DNA of 64,000 nucleotides from Gemmatimonadota bacterium (lineage in GTDB: Bacteria; Gemmatimonadota; Gemmatimonadetes; Gemmatimonadales; GWC2-71-9): positions 2,403-66,402 of the forward strand of contig JANMYS010000061.1 in assembly GCA_031382385.1 (NCBI GenBank). Reading direction: 5' to 3'. How positions within the stretch are numbered: position 1 is the stretch's first letter; each line of letters starts with the position of its first letter. Shown piece by piece: positions 8,543 through 17,530 of the stretch. The position numbers and the translations under genes are program-made. A model generated the notes under the pieces. That model was not told where the DNA came from, did not search any database, and was given only the letters and a program-made list of their open reading frames with translations.

Positions 8543-9645
8543 CGCTTCATCAGGGTCAGCACCTGCTGCATGGCATCGATGGCGCTCAACGGGGCGAATC
8601 GGGCGCGCAGCGCCTGGCTCACCCGGAGCAGGGCGGGGGACAGCAGCAGCTCTTCCCGTCGGGTGCCGCTCGCCTTGAGATCGATGGCGGGGAAGATCCG
8701 CCGATCGGCCAGCTCCCGGCTCAGCGTGAGCTCGCTGTTGCCGGTCCCCTTGAACTCCTCGTAGATCACCTGGTCCATCTTCGAGCCGGTATCAATCAGC
8801 GCCGTGCCGATGATCGTGAGCGATCCGCCGCCCTTCGATTCATCGATCGTGCGGGCGCTGCCCAGAAAGCGCTTGGGCTTCTCGAGGGCGTTTGAATCGA
8901 GGCCACCGGTCATGGTGCGGCCGGTGCCGCGCTCCACCGTGTTGTACGCCCGGGCCAGCCGGGTGATGGAGTCGAGGATGAGGACGACATCCTCGCCCTG
9001 CTCCACCCGCCGCCGGGCCCGTTCCAGCGTCAGTTCCGCCACCGCCACATGCCGCTCCGCCGGGCAGTCGAAGCTTGAGGCGACCACTTCCCCGAACCCG
9101 CAGCTCTCCATGTCGGTCACTTCCTCGGGCCGCTCATCCACCAGCAGAATCAGGAGGAGTGACTTCGGGTAGTTGGTGGCGACCCCTTGGGCGACCGACT
9201 GCAGCACCATCGTCTTGCCGGCCTTGGCCGGGGCGACGATCAGCGCGCGCTGCCCTTTGCCGAAGGGGCAGAGCAGGTCGATGATCCGGTTGGTATAGTC
9301 GGCGTTTCCGAACCGTCTGAGCCCGCAGTCGAGCGTGAGGGCCTGCTCGGGGTGGATGGCACCGAGGCTGGCAAAGGTAGGGCGGCTGCGGGCTTCCTCG
9401 GCGGGGCGACCGTTGACCTCGGTGACTTTTTCGACTGGGGCGGACTTGCCCCGCCCCGGCGGGCGACCGGTTTCGCCAAACAGCTCGTCGCCGCTCCGCA
9501 GCCCGTACTGGCTGACCAGGCGCGGGGGGACGTAGTAGTCACCGTCTTCGGGGAGGTAACTGAACTGGCGGCGGCGCACAAAGCCCGCACCGCGGTCGGT
9601 GAGTTCCAGAATGCCGAGTGATGGAGATGTCATGAGGTGCGTCAA
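8506..9645 (-). CDS. rho: transcription termination factor Rho
   Basis: Walker A APAKAGKT, LLILLVDERPEEVTDM, and a RecA-type core with an OB-fold N-terminal region. Confidence 0.95.
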   Translation of the reverse strand: MTHLMTSPSLGILELTDRGAGFVRRRQFSYLPEDGDYYVPPRLVSQYGLRSGDELFGETGRPPGRGKSAPVEKVTEVNGRPAEEARSRPTFASLGAIHPEQALTLDCGLRRFGNADYTNRIIDLLCPFGKGQRALIVAPAKAGKTMVLQSVAQGVATNYPKSLLLILLVDERPEEVTDMESCGFGEVVASSFDCPAERHVAVAELTLERARRRVEQGEDVVLILDSITRLARAYNTVERGTGRTMTGGLDSNALEKPKRFLGSARTIDESKGGGSLTIIGTALIDTGSKMDQVIYEEFKGTGNSELTLSRELADRRIFPAIDLKASGTRREELLLSPALLRVSQALRARFAPLSAIDAMQQVLTLMKRYPSNEELGAVS

Positions 9646-9723
9646 TATAGCACAGGGCGGGCCGCCATTGGTCCGTTCGGGTTGTGAGAAGTATTCTATC
9701 TACGTGCAGGCCGTCATCCCGGC

Positions 9724-9826
9724 GTCAGGCGGACGGTCGGACGGTCAGACGGTCAGGCGGTCAGGCGGTCAGGCGGTCGGACGGTCACGCGGTCAGGCGG
9801 TCGGACGGTCAGGCGGTCAGGCGGTA
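9724..9826. repeat. about 13 tandem 8-nt units GGTCRGRC
   Basis: GTCAGGCG GACGGTCG GACGGTCA GACGGTCA GGCGGTCA and so on, with strict 8-nt period. Confidence 0.95.
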
Positions 9827-9842
9827 TAGAGTATCTTGAGTT

Positions 9843-9895
9843 CGCCTCGCGCCTCGCGCCTCGCGCCTCGCGCCCGTTCCCCGTTCCCCGTTCCC
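9843..9895. repeat. (CGCCTCG)x4 followed by (CCGTTCC)x3, then CTCTCCTC before ATG 9903
   Basis: Read directly. Confidence 0.95.
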
Positions 9896-9902
9896 TCTCC
9901 TC

Positions 9903-10316
9903 ATGCCCCCTCCCACCGACCTGCTCCTCTACGACGGCAGCTGCGGCCTCTGCCACCGGACCGTGCTCTTCACTCTGCGGCACGATCTTGAGGGGACCCG
10001 GTTCCGCTACGCTCCATTGGGCGGCGACGCCTTCCAGGCCGCATTCACGCCAGAGCAGCAGCGGACACTGCCTGACAGTGTCGTCATCCGGACTGCCGAC
10101 GGCAGGACCCTGCTGCGCTCCGCCGCGGCACTCCATATCGGCGAGCAGCTCGGCGGGCCCTGGCGGGCAATCGCGCGGGTGACGGGGCTCCTGCCGCGCT
10201 GGCTGCTCGACTGGTTCTATGACAGAATCGCGAGCGTGCGGAAGCGGCTCTTCGCCGCCCCGAAGGAGGCCTGTCCGATGCTGCCGCCGGAGTTGCGGGG
10301 GCGGTTTTTGGCGTGA
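9903..10316 (+). CDS. thiol-disulfide oxidoreductase DCC family (DUF393)
   Basis: N-terminal LLLYDGSCGLCHRTV, i.e. the DxxCxxC motif of the DCC family. Length is about 137 aa. Confidence 0.8.
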   Translation: MPPPTDLLLYDGSCGLCHRTVLFTLRHDLEGTRFRYAPLGGDAFQAAFTPEQQRTLPDSVVIRTADGRTLLRSAAALHIGEQLGGPWRAIARVTGLLPRWLLDWFYDRIASVRKRLFAAPKEACPMLPPELRGRFLA

Positions 10317-10321
10317 TGCGT

Positions 10322-10411
10322 GGGGCGGAACTGGAGCTCCGCCCCTACCCGATCGTCCAATCGCCTAATCGCCTAATCGCCCAATCGCCCAATCGCCCAT
10401 CGCCCATCGCC
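10322..10411. repeat. hairpin + TACCCG + (YAATCGCC)n / (CATCGCC)2 array
   Basis: It fills the whole DCC / aminotransferase convergent gap. The array ends on the aminotransferase stop codon. Confidence 0.9.
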
Positions 10412-11310
10412 TACACCACCACCTCCCCCTCCACCGCCGTCAGCGCCCGGAACAGCGCGGTCAGCCGCGTGGTCATCGGCCCGACCCGACCCTCACCGAT
10501 CGTGCGGCCGTCGATCTTCGTCACCGCGGCCAGCTCACCCATCGTCCCGGTGCAGAACACCTCATCCGCCCGGTAGACCTCCGCTGGCGAGATCTCCCGC
10601 ACCTCGTGCGGGATCCCATGCGTGGCGCAGAGACCGAGCACTGCGGAGCGGGTGATGCCTTCGGGGCAGGCAGTGGTGCGGCTGGTGCGTACCACGCCGC
10701 CATCAACGAAGAAGAGGTGGGTCGCGTTGGTCTCCGCCACGAAGCCGTGGGTGTCCAGCATCAGCGCGTCATCTGCCCCGGCGGCGTTGGCCTCGATCTT
10801 GGCGAGGATCGACTGCAGCAGGTTGCAGTGGTGGATCTTGGGATCGAGGCAGTCGGGCGGGAAGCGCCGGATGGAACTGGTGATGAGCGTGAGGCCCGTC
10901 GTGCCGTACACCGGCGGCTTGTGCTCGGCGAGCACGATGAGTGTCGCACCGGACTGGTTGAGTCGCGGGTCCATCCCCGAGGTCACCTTCACGCCGCGGG
11001 TGAGCGTGAGGCGGATGTGCACCCCATCGGTCATGCCGTTGGCCTTGAGCGTCTTCCGGATCTCCTCGATGATCACCTTGTGCGAGGGGATCTCGCTGAA
11101 GGCCAGCGCCAGCGCCGAGTGCCGGAGGCGGTCGAGATGCTCCCGCAGACGGAAGATCCGTCCCTGGTAGAGCCGAAGCCCCTCCCACACCGCGTCGCCT
11201 CCCTGGACGGCGGAATCAAACGGACTGATCCCGGCCTGGTCCCGGTGATACAGGGTGCCGTTGATGTTGACCTGGAGGTCGCGGTTCTTGGGATTGAAGG
11301 ACTGGAGCAT
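10411..11310 (-). CDS. class IV (branched-chain / D-amino-acid type) aminotransferase
   Basis: I started it at MLQSFNPKN (complement of 11308-11310), because the track's upstream 106 aa are a translation of repeats. Fold-type IV features include ISPFDSAVQGGDAVWEG and ETNATHLFFV. Confidence 0.8.
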   Translation of the reverse strand: MLQSFNPKNRDLQVNINGTLYHRDQAGISPFDSAVQGGDAVWEGLRLYQGRIFRLREHLDRLRHSALALAFSEIPSHKVIIEEIRKTLKANGMTDGVHIRLTLTRGVKVTSGMDPRLNQSGATLIVLAEHKPPVYGTTGLTLITSSIRRFPPDCLDPKIHHCNLLQSILAKIEANAAGADDALMLDTHGFVAETNATHLFFVDGGVVRTSRTTACPEGITRSAVLGLCATHGIPHEVREISPAEVYRADEVFCTGTMGELAAVTKIDGRTIGEGRVGPMTTRLTALFRALTAVEGEVVV

Positions 11311-11353
11311 GGGGGGACCGCTTGAGCACGAGAGGGGATCGGAAATCGGGTAC

Positions 11354-11467
11354 GGGGAACCGGGAACGGGGACCAGGAAACGAGAAGCAAGAGCGTCGCG
11401 ATCAGCGAAGGGTGACACGACTCCACTCCTATCGGCGCGGTGCCCGGTTCCCGGTTCCCCGTTCCCC
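11354..11467. repeat. inverted heptamer arrays GGGGAACCGGGAACGGGGACC ... CCCGGTTCCCGGTTCCCCGTTCCCC
   Basis: Arms at 11354-11373 and 11443-11467 with a spacer of about 70 nt. Confidence 0.9.
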
Positions 11468-12205
11468 TGCTGTCGTCGAGCGGTGTTCCGAGAGTTCGTC
11501 GTAGTACGGCATGCACTCCTCCAGCAGCGGCTGCAGCTCGGGCGGCAGGTCCCGAGACCGGGGCGTCCAGGGTTCGAATCCCGTCGATCGCTCGACGGCG
11601 TCATACCAGTACTTGGCCCAGGCGCCATCGGTCTCGCGGCGGCCAGCGGGCCAGTGCAGCATCCGCTCGGAGAAGTCGACCCCGATGTGGTTGCAGAGCC
11701 GGGTGAGCGCGTTGCGCGGATCGGTCAGTACATCCTCGCTGTCGAGTATTACCGGGGTGACACCAGTCCGCTCCCGCACCGAGCGGAAGATCTCGACCTG
11801 CTGCGGCAGCCCGGTATCCCGCAGCATCGGCAGCCCCATCTTCGCAGCCAGCGAGGGCAGCATCTCCGCCGGATGGCGGATCAGGAACGCGTTGGTGAGC
11901 TGCAATACCCAGTCACCCCGCAGATGGGGCAGCCAGTGATGAGCCATCTGTTTCTGGTAGTAGATCCGCCGGCCGTGAGGGACGGGCCCAATCAGACCCT
12001 CGACCACCTTCTGCCAGTCGTTCTCCTGACTCGCGATCACCTCGGCTACGGCGGGGTGGGTGACCTGCACCTGTGTGAGATAGTGCGCGTACAGCGGTTC
12101 GTCCACCACCCAGCAGTCGTCCCGGTTCTCCCACGCCCGCATCAGCGCGGTCGAGATATTGCGCGGGCCGGACCACACCGCCAGGCGGACAGAATCTTTA
12201 TTCAT
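11429..12205 (-). CDS. uncharacterised sulfotransferase-like / P-loop-like protein
   Basis: N-terminus MNKDSVRLAVWSGPRNISTALMRAWENR resembles a conserved family often annotated as sulfotransferase family. The last ~12 codons (GERGTGNRAPRR) are a translated heptamer repeat. Confidence 0.55.
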   Translation of the reverse strand: MNKDSVRLAVWSGPRNISTALMRAWENRDDCWVVDEPLYAHYLTQVQVTHPAVAEVIASQENDWQKVVEGLIGPVPHGRRIYYQKQMAHHWLPHLRGDWVLQLTNAFLIRHPAEMLPSLAAKMGLPMLRDTGLPQQVEIFRSVRERTGVTPVILDSEDVLTDPRNALTRLCNHIGVDFSERMLHWPAGRRETDGAWAKYWYDAVERSTGFEPWTPRSRDLPPELQPLLEECMPYYDELSEHRSTTAGERGTGNRAPRR

Positions 12206-12274
12206 CGCTTGTAGCCCCCATGCCCGCACGCTACGTTCCGGCTGGTCAACCGCCCCACGTAAGGAACCATCGAC

Positions 12275-13201
12275 ATGATGCGCACCACACTACTGTGGCT
12301 GTCGGAACAGCCACGGATCTTCCGCTTTGTCCGGAGCAATCCGCTGGCGCGGAAATTCGCCGCGCGGTTCGTCGCCGGCGAGACGATCACGACCGCCGTC
12401 GAGGCGGTTCGCGATCTCAACCGCCGCAAGATCACTGCGACCCTCGATCTGCTGGGCGAGAGCATCTCCCGCGAGGCCGATGCCGCAAATGCCCGCGACA
12501 TCTACCTCCAGATGCTGGACCAGATCGCCGAAAGCGGGGTGGATTCAAATGTGTCGCTGAAGCTGACCCAGATGGGCTTCGATATCAGCGAGGAACTCTG
12601 CCTCGCCAATATGACCCGGATTCTGGAGAAGGCCAAGGCGCTCGGCACATTCGTCCGGCTCGACATGGAAGGCTCGGCCTACACCCAGAAGACGCTGGAA
12701 TTCTTTTCTAAAAGGCTTTTCCCGCAGTATGGCGCCCACGTTGGCGTGGTGATCCAGTCCTGCCTGCGTCGCTCCGAGCGGGACATCGACCAGCTGATCG
12801 AGATGAAGGCCCGGGTCCGGCTCTGCAAGGGTGCGTATCTCGAGCCCGCCGAGGTGGCCTTCCCCGACAAGGCCGATGTGGACCGGAATTTCCTGACCCT
12901 CATGGAGCGGCTGCTGGAGCGCGGCAACTACCCGGGCATCGCGACCCACGATCCTGCGATGATCAGTCACGCCCGCCGCTTTGTTGCCGAGCGCGGTCTC
13001 GATGCGTCGCGATACGAGTTCCAGATGCTGTACGGTGTCCGGCGCGATCTGCAGGATCAGCTCCGTACCGCCGGCTTCAACATGCGGGTCTATGTCCCCT
13101 TCGGTACCCAGTGGTACCCCTACCTGATGCGCCGCCTGGCCGAGCGGCCGGCGAACATCTTCTTCATTCTCGGGAACGTCGTCCGAGAGGCGATTCACTA
13201 G
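12275..13201 (+). CDS. proline dehydrogenase (monofunctional)
   Basis: 308 aa TIM-barrel PRODH signatures: ATLDLLGE, NVSLKLTQMG, VRLDMEGS, RLCKGAY and IATHD. AAGGAA lies upstream of the ATG. Confidence 0.85.
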   Translation: MMRTTLLWLSEQPRIFRFVRSNPLARKFAARFVAGETITTAVEAVRDLNRRKITATLDLLGESISREADAANARDIYLQMLDQIAESGVDSNVSLKLTQMGFDISEELCLANMTRILEKAKALGTFVRLDMEGSAYTQKTLEFFSKRLFPQYGAHVGVVIQSCLRRSERDIDQLIEMKARVRLCKGAYLEPAEVAFPDKADVDRNFLTLMERLLERGNYPGIATHDPAMISHARRFVAERGLDASRYEFQMLYGVRRDLQDQLRTAGFNMRVYVPFGTQWYPYLMRRLAERPANIFFILGNVVREAIH

Positions 13202-13205
13202 CGGT

Positions 13206-13520
13206 ATGCAGGAAGTCACCCTCGGCGGCTACATGGCCAAGCACGATCGGGCCGCCGCATTCTCCGGCAACGATGGCCAGCCCTACTCGGTGGGCTTGTT
13301 CATCGAAGACGAGCCCGATGCCTCCGGCCGGTATGCCGCCTCCCTGCTGTTTGTCCGCTGGTCCCAGTCGGGTGAACGTCCGCTCGGCCACGTCGAAACC
13401 GGTGTCCTCGCCTGGGGCCGCTCGCCGGAGGAGGCCGAGTCGCGCCTGCTCGCCCTGTCGCTGTACGACGTGAAGGCGGCGCTCGACGAAGCGATTGCGA
13501 AGGCACCGGAAGCGTGGTGA
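13206..13520 (+). CDS. hypothetical small protein
   Basis: 104-aa ORF packed between the proline dehydrogenase gene and rsgA. Coding-like codon bias, no family recognised. Confidence 0.45.
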   Translation: MQEVTLGGYMAKHDRAAAFSGNDGQPYSVGLFIEDEPDASGRYAASLLFVRWSQSGERPLGHVETGVLAWGRSPEEAESRLLALSLYDVKAALDEAIAKAPEAW

Positions 13521-13521
13521 G

Positions 13522-14427
13522 ATGAGCCTGTTGTCCGGAATGGTCCTCGAGCGGGATGGCAGCACCTATCGGGTCCTCACCCCCGAGGGGGAGGTCCGCG
13601 CAATTCTCCGCGGCAAGATGAAGCGCGACATGCCGAAGGTCGTGGTCGGCGACCGGGTGCACCTCGATGGGGAGGGTGAGGGCGGTGTTCGCGCGATCGC
13701 GGGGGTGGAGGAGCGGACCAGTCTGCTGGCGCGGCGGACTCCGGAAGGTCGGGGCACGCGCGATGTCGCCGCCAATGTCGATCAGGTCCTCGTCGTCACC
13801 GCCACGAAAAGCCCGGAACCCATCCCCCAGCTCATCGACCGGCTGCTGGTCGTCGCCGAAGCGAACAACCTCTCCGCCGGCGTCATCCTCAACAAGGTCG
13901 ATCTCGATCCGGGCGAAGCGCTCGAGCGCCGGTTCACCCTCGCCGGGTATCCGGTCTATCGCACCAGCGCCAAGGGGGATATCGGACTGGAGGATCTGCG
14001 CGATGCACTGCGCGGCCGGCTCAGTGTGATCACCGGCCCGTCCGGCGCGGGGAAATCGAGCCTGCTCAACGCCCTCGAGCATGGGCTGATGCTCCGGGTG
14101 GGCGAGGTGAGTGCCAAGGCACAGCGTGGCACCCACACGACCGTTGCAGCGGTGATGGTGCCGCTCGAGTGCGGCGGATACCTGGTGGATACGCCGGGAT
14201 TCAGCGAGGTGGGGCTGTGGGGGCTGGAGGCGCGGGAACTGGCGCACTGCTTCCCGGAGTTCCGTCCGCTGGTGGATCGGTGCAAGTACGCCGACTGTCA
14301 GCATGTGCGGGAGCCGCACTGCGCGGTGATCGCGGGGGTGTCGACCGGGCTGGTCGCGGCCGATCGGCTGGAGAGTTATCGGGTGTTGCTGGCGGAGATT
14401 CGTGAGGCGCCGAAAGACTGGGAGTGA
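13522..14427 (+). CDS. rsgA: ribosome small-subunit-dependent GTPase A
   Basis: Circularly permuted GTPase: NKVDL, GPSGAGKSSLLNAL, DTPGF, and a C-terminal zinc knuckle CKYADCQHVREPHCAV. The ATG at 13522 directly follows the upstream stop. Confidence 0.9.
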   Translation: MSLLSGMVLERDGSTYRVLTPEGEVRAILRGKMKRDMPKVVVGDRVHLDGEGEGGVRAIAGVEERTSLLARRTPEGRGTRDVAANVDQVLVVTATKSPEPIPQLIDRLLVVAEANNLSAGVILNKVDLDPGEALERRFTLAGYPVYRTSAKGDIGLEDLRDALRGRLSVITGPSGAGKSSLLNALEHGLMLRVGEVSAKAQRGTHTTVAAVMVPLECGGYLVDTPGFSEVGLWGLEARELAHCFPEFRPLVDRCKYADCQHVREPHCAVIAGVSTGLVAADRLESYRVLLAEIREAPKDWE

Positions 14428-14431
14428 GCTG

Positions 14432-14527
14432 ATGGCCGTTGGCCAGTCGCCGTTGGCAACTAGCATTCGACTCAACTGCCCAACCGCCCGGTCGGGCACG
14501 GAGGCCCGACCTACCCGCCCAATCGCC
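14432..14527. repeat. TGGCCGT-type array, hairpin GGTCGGGC acggag GCCCGACC, then TACCCGCCCAATCGCC
   Basis: Same module order as 49364-49527 read on the minus strand. Confidence 0.85.
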
Positions 14528-17406
14528 TACTTTGCCGACTCCCCCGTTACCCGCTTCAGCGCCTCCTTCACCTCGGTGATCCGCGGCTGGAAGATCGGGT
14601 CGGCCTTGTCCCATAGGCGGAGGAAATTCCCGTACGCCTCCGCGGCGGCGGCCCGGTTCCCTGCGGCCTCTTCCGCCCGCCCCAACGCGTATTGAGCGAT
14701 CGGCACCATTCCCATCTCGTTGGTGAAGCCGTAGCGCAACAGTGCCCGGCCCTCGTCCCTGGTCGCCGGGTGCAGCGCCATGGCGGTGGCAAACTGGAGC
14801 CGGAGCGGGGCGGTGAGGAATCGGTTCCAGCCGCTGCCGACCTGCTCGAGCGAGCCCCGCATGCGGATCAGACCCGCCGCGGTATCTCCGGCCATGATGA
14901 TGCTCCATCCCTTCGCCGCCTCCACCATGCCCCAGAACCGTGGTGGCAGGTTCGGCGCCCGGTTGGCCAGCAGGCTGTCGATCCAGCGGGTACCACCGGC
15001 CTGGTCGCCGCGGTTGAGCCGTACCACCGCGCGCATGTAGGCCTCCCACGGATTGCGCATCGGCGCTGCGGCCATCGCCGCCAGCTGAGGTGGCAGGTAG
15101 TCCGGAGGAGCGAATCCGACGAGTCCGGGCCACATCAGGATGCCCCAGGCCTGCTCCGGATCGACTTTCTTGAGGGTGTCGAACACCGCCTCAGCCTCCG
15201 TCAGGCGGCCGAGGCCGGACAGCGTGATCCCCCGACCACTGAGCGACTGGACCCGGACCGCGGGGACGATATGGGCGATCGGCTCCCAGCTCTCCAGGCG
15301 CCGCATCACGCTGTCTGACGTCACGTCGCCGCGGTAGAGCGAGGCGAGCGGGCCATACAGGCTGCCCGAGTAGCGCGTCATCGCGCGCGCCGTGGCGGTG
15401 TCGTGGACACTGTTTCCGAAGACGAGCTCACCGCTGCCCCGATATGCCAGGTTTTCCGTCGCGTTGCCCGATTGCTCCAGGATCTTGAGATAGGTCTCGT
15501 AGCGGGGCCGGTCGCCGGTTTCGAGGGCCAGCTCGATCGGGTGAATGGCGGCCGGCGTCAGGGTCGAATCCCGGGCCAGGACGCTATCGAACGGAGCCCG
15601 CAGCGTCGCGGGGTCGTTGCCCACCAGCTGCCGGGTGTGGTACTGCGTCTCGCCCAGCAGGAACCAGCCATCGACGTCGTCGGGATACTTCGCGGTGTAG
15701 GCCCGCATGCTGTCGGTGGCGGCGAGCTTCAGGTGCTCGAACAGGTTGTAGGCGTACACCAGGCTGCGCTCCCGCGGCGGCAGCCGGCCGGAAAAGCGCA
15801 GCGCGGCGTCGCTGGCCTTGAGCGCGTCCACCGCGCCCAGTCCACCGGACCAGCCCACCGCAGCCGCCAGGCGGAAATGCGCCAGCGCAAACGTCGAATC
15901 CTGTTCGATGGCACGGGTGAACGCCGCCGCGGCCGAATCCCACTCGGAGCGCCGATAGCGCTGCTCCCCCACCAGGTACTCCCGCATGGCGGCGAGACTG
16001 GTTGTGGTGAGTGCGCCGAGACGGAGTGAGGGTACCGGCTCCTTGGAGCGCCAGATCTCCCGCACCAGACTGAGGCTGAGCTGGTCGATCAGCGCGAGTA
16101 CGCTATCGCTCGCTCCGTCCACCTGGGCATGCGCGAGGCTTTTGCGGTCCGGGCCGTAGAGGTCGGCGCTCACTCGCACCCGGGGACCGGAGGCGACAAT
16201 GCTGCCGAGGACGACCGCTTGGGCCTTCACACCACGCGCGACCCCCAGGGCCGCTTCGAGGTCGAGTCCGGGGCCGAGTCCCTGCTGCTTGAGTCGGGTC
16301 ATGACCGTGCGCGGTTCGATCGCGTGGATCCCGCCCACCGCATTGAGATTGGTGGAGAGGAGGTCCACCATGCCTTCGCCCATCAGCTCCACGCCGGCAC
16401 CCGAGGTGCTGAACGGCATCACGGCGATGCTCTCCGCACCCTTGACCACCGGGCTGCTGCGGGTCGGCCCGAAGGCGATCCACAGCCCGGCGATCACGGC
16501 CACACCGATCGGCAAGCCGAAGGCGAGGCGCTTCAGCCGCCGTCGCTCAGCGACCCCGCCACTACCACCGCCTGCCGCCAGGTCCAGCGCATCGGCGAAC
16601 TCCGTCACCGATGCGAAGCGCTTGGCGGGATCCGCATCGAGGGCGCGGCTCACCGGCCCATCCGCCTCGGCCGGTGTGGTGCGGGTGACCTTGCTGAGCC
16701 TGGGTCGCAGCGCCGTCAGGGCCTTGGTCAGGACTGCCTGCGGCGTGGTGGCGGCGAATGGGGTCTCGCCCGTGACCATCTCGTAGAAGACGCAGGCGAG
16801 ACTGTACTGATCGCTGCGCCCGTCGACTTCACTCGCGGTGGCCTGTTCCGGGCTCATGTAGGCCGGCGTGCCGATGGCCATGCCGAGGCCGGTCATCGTC
16901 TGATCCTGCTGGGCGGCGCTCAGCGCGCGGGCAATTCCGAAATCGGCCACGACCACGTTGCCGCCGGAGAGCATGATGTTCTCTGGCTTGATGTCGCGGT
17001 GGACCACGCCGCGGGCGTGGGCGTAGGCGAGGCCGCTGGCAATCTCGCGAGTGAGGCGGACTGCCTCCTCGAAGCCGACCTTGCCATCGCGGGTCAGGCG
17101 GTCACGGAGCGACTCACCCTCCACGAACGGCATGATGTAGTAGAGCGTCCCGTCGGCGTCACCCGAGTCATACAGCGGGACGATATGCGGGTGCTGGAGT
17201 TGAGCGGAAAGCTCGATTTCGCGGAGAAACCGGTCCGACCCGATGCTCGCCGCGAGCTCCGGACGCAGGACCTTGATGGCGACGGCCCGTTGATGCTTGA
17301 GGTCGGTGGCGCGGTAGACAGTGGCCATGCCGCCCTGACCGGCCAGGCCGTCGATGGCGTAGCGGTCGGCAAGGGCAGCGGTCAGGCGGGCGCGGAGATC
17401 GTCCAT
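14527..17406 (-). CDS. Ser/Thr protein kinase with TM segment and large extracytoplasmic/TPR-like C-terminal region
   Basis: GQGGMATVY, VAIKVL, HRDIKPENIML, DFGIA and YMSPEQ. One hydrophobic segment (IGVAVIAGLWIAF) is followed by IAVMPFS. Confidence 0.9.
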   Translation of the reverse strand: MDDLRARLTAALADRYAIDGLAGQGGMATVYRATDLKHQRAVAIKVLRPELAASIGSDRFLREIELSAQLQHPHIVPLYDSGDADGTLYYIMPFVEGESLRDRLTRDGKVGFEEAVRLTREIASGLAYAHARGVVHRDIKPENIMLSGGNVVVADFGIARALSAAQQDQTMTGLGMAIGTPAYMSPEQATASEVDGRSDQYSLACVFYEMVTGETPFAATTPQAVLTKALTALRPRLSKVTRTTPAEADGPVSRALDADPAKRFASVTEFADALDLAAGGGSGGVAERRRLKRLAFGLPIGVAVIAGLWIAFGPTRSSPVVKGAESIAVMPFSTSGAGVELMGEGMVDLLSTNLNAVGGIHAIEPRTVMTRLKQQGLGPGLDLEAALGVARGVKAQAVVLGSIVASGPRVRVSADLYGPDRKSLAHAQVDGASDSVLALIDQLSLSLVREIWRSKEPVPSLRLGALTTTSLAAMREYLVGEQRYRRSEWDSAAAAFTRAIEQDSTFALAHFRLAAAVGWSGGLGAVDALKASDAALRFSGRLPPRERSLVYAYNLFEHLKLAATDSMRAYTAKYPDDVDGWFLLGETQYHTRQLVGNDPATLRAPFDSVLARDSTLTPAAIHPIELALETGDRPRYETYLKILEQSGNATENLAYRGSGELVFGNSVHDTATARAMTRYSGSLYGPLASLYRGDVTSDSVMRRLESWEPIAHIVPAVRVQSLSGRGITLSGLGRLTEAEAVFDTLKKVDPEQAWGILMWPGLVGFAPPDYLPPQLAAMAAAPMRNPWEAYMRAVVRLNRGDQAGGTRWIDSLLANRAPNLPPRFWGMVEAAKGWSIIMAGDTAAGLIRMRGSLEQVGSGWNRFLTAPLRLQFATAMALHPATRDEGRALLRYGFTNEMGMVPIAQYALGRAEEAAGNRAAAAEAYGNFLRLWDKADPIFQPRITEVKEALKRVTGESAK

Positions 17407-17464
17407 CGGCTGGGCGGCTAGGGGATGGCGGAAGGTACGGGGCGACGGGAGGAGGGGGAAGTGA

Positions 17465-17530
17465 GCTGTCAGCCGTCAGCATTCAGCCAACCGCCCGACC
17501 GCCTACTCCCTGCCTCCTGCTCACTCCTGC
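17465..17530. repeat. CAGCCGT-type array followed by CGCCTACTCCCTGCCTCCTGCTCACTCCTGC box
   Basis: Read directly. The 11-mer CGCCTACTCCC recurs at 2931-2941 (-) and 45396-45406 (-). Confidence 0.85.

Noticed and set aside
9724-9826. Possible CRISPR array
   Set aside because: The period is only 8 nt with no spacers, there are no cas genes, and the units are degenerate copies of one octamer. This is a microsatellite-like tandem array, not a CRISPR.
9599-9829. ORFs that translate repeat arrays (e.g. GGRSDGQTVRRSGGQAVGRS; also 22451..22906 PSDRPTVRPSDRPT and 59208..60347 SAVSCQPSAISHQPSAVS)
   Set aside because: The apparent peptide repeats merely reflect 7-8 nt DNA periodicity, so the frame rotates every unit. 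They overlap better-supported genes or promoters.
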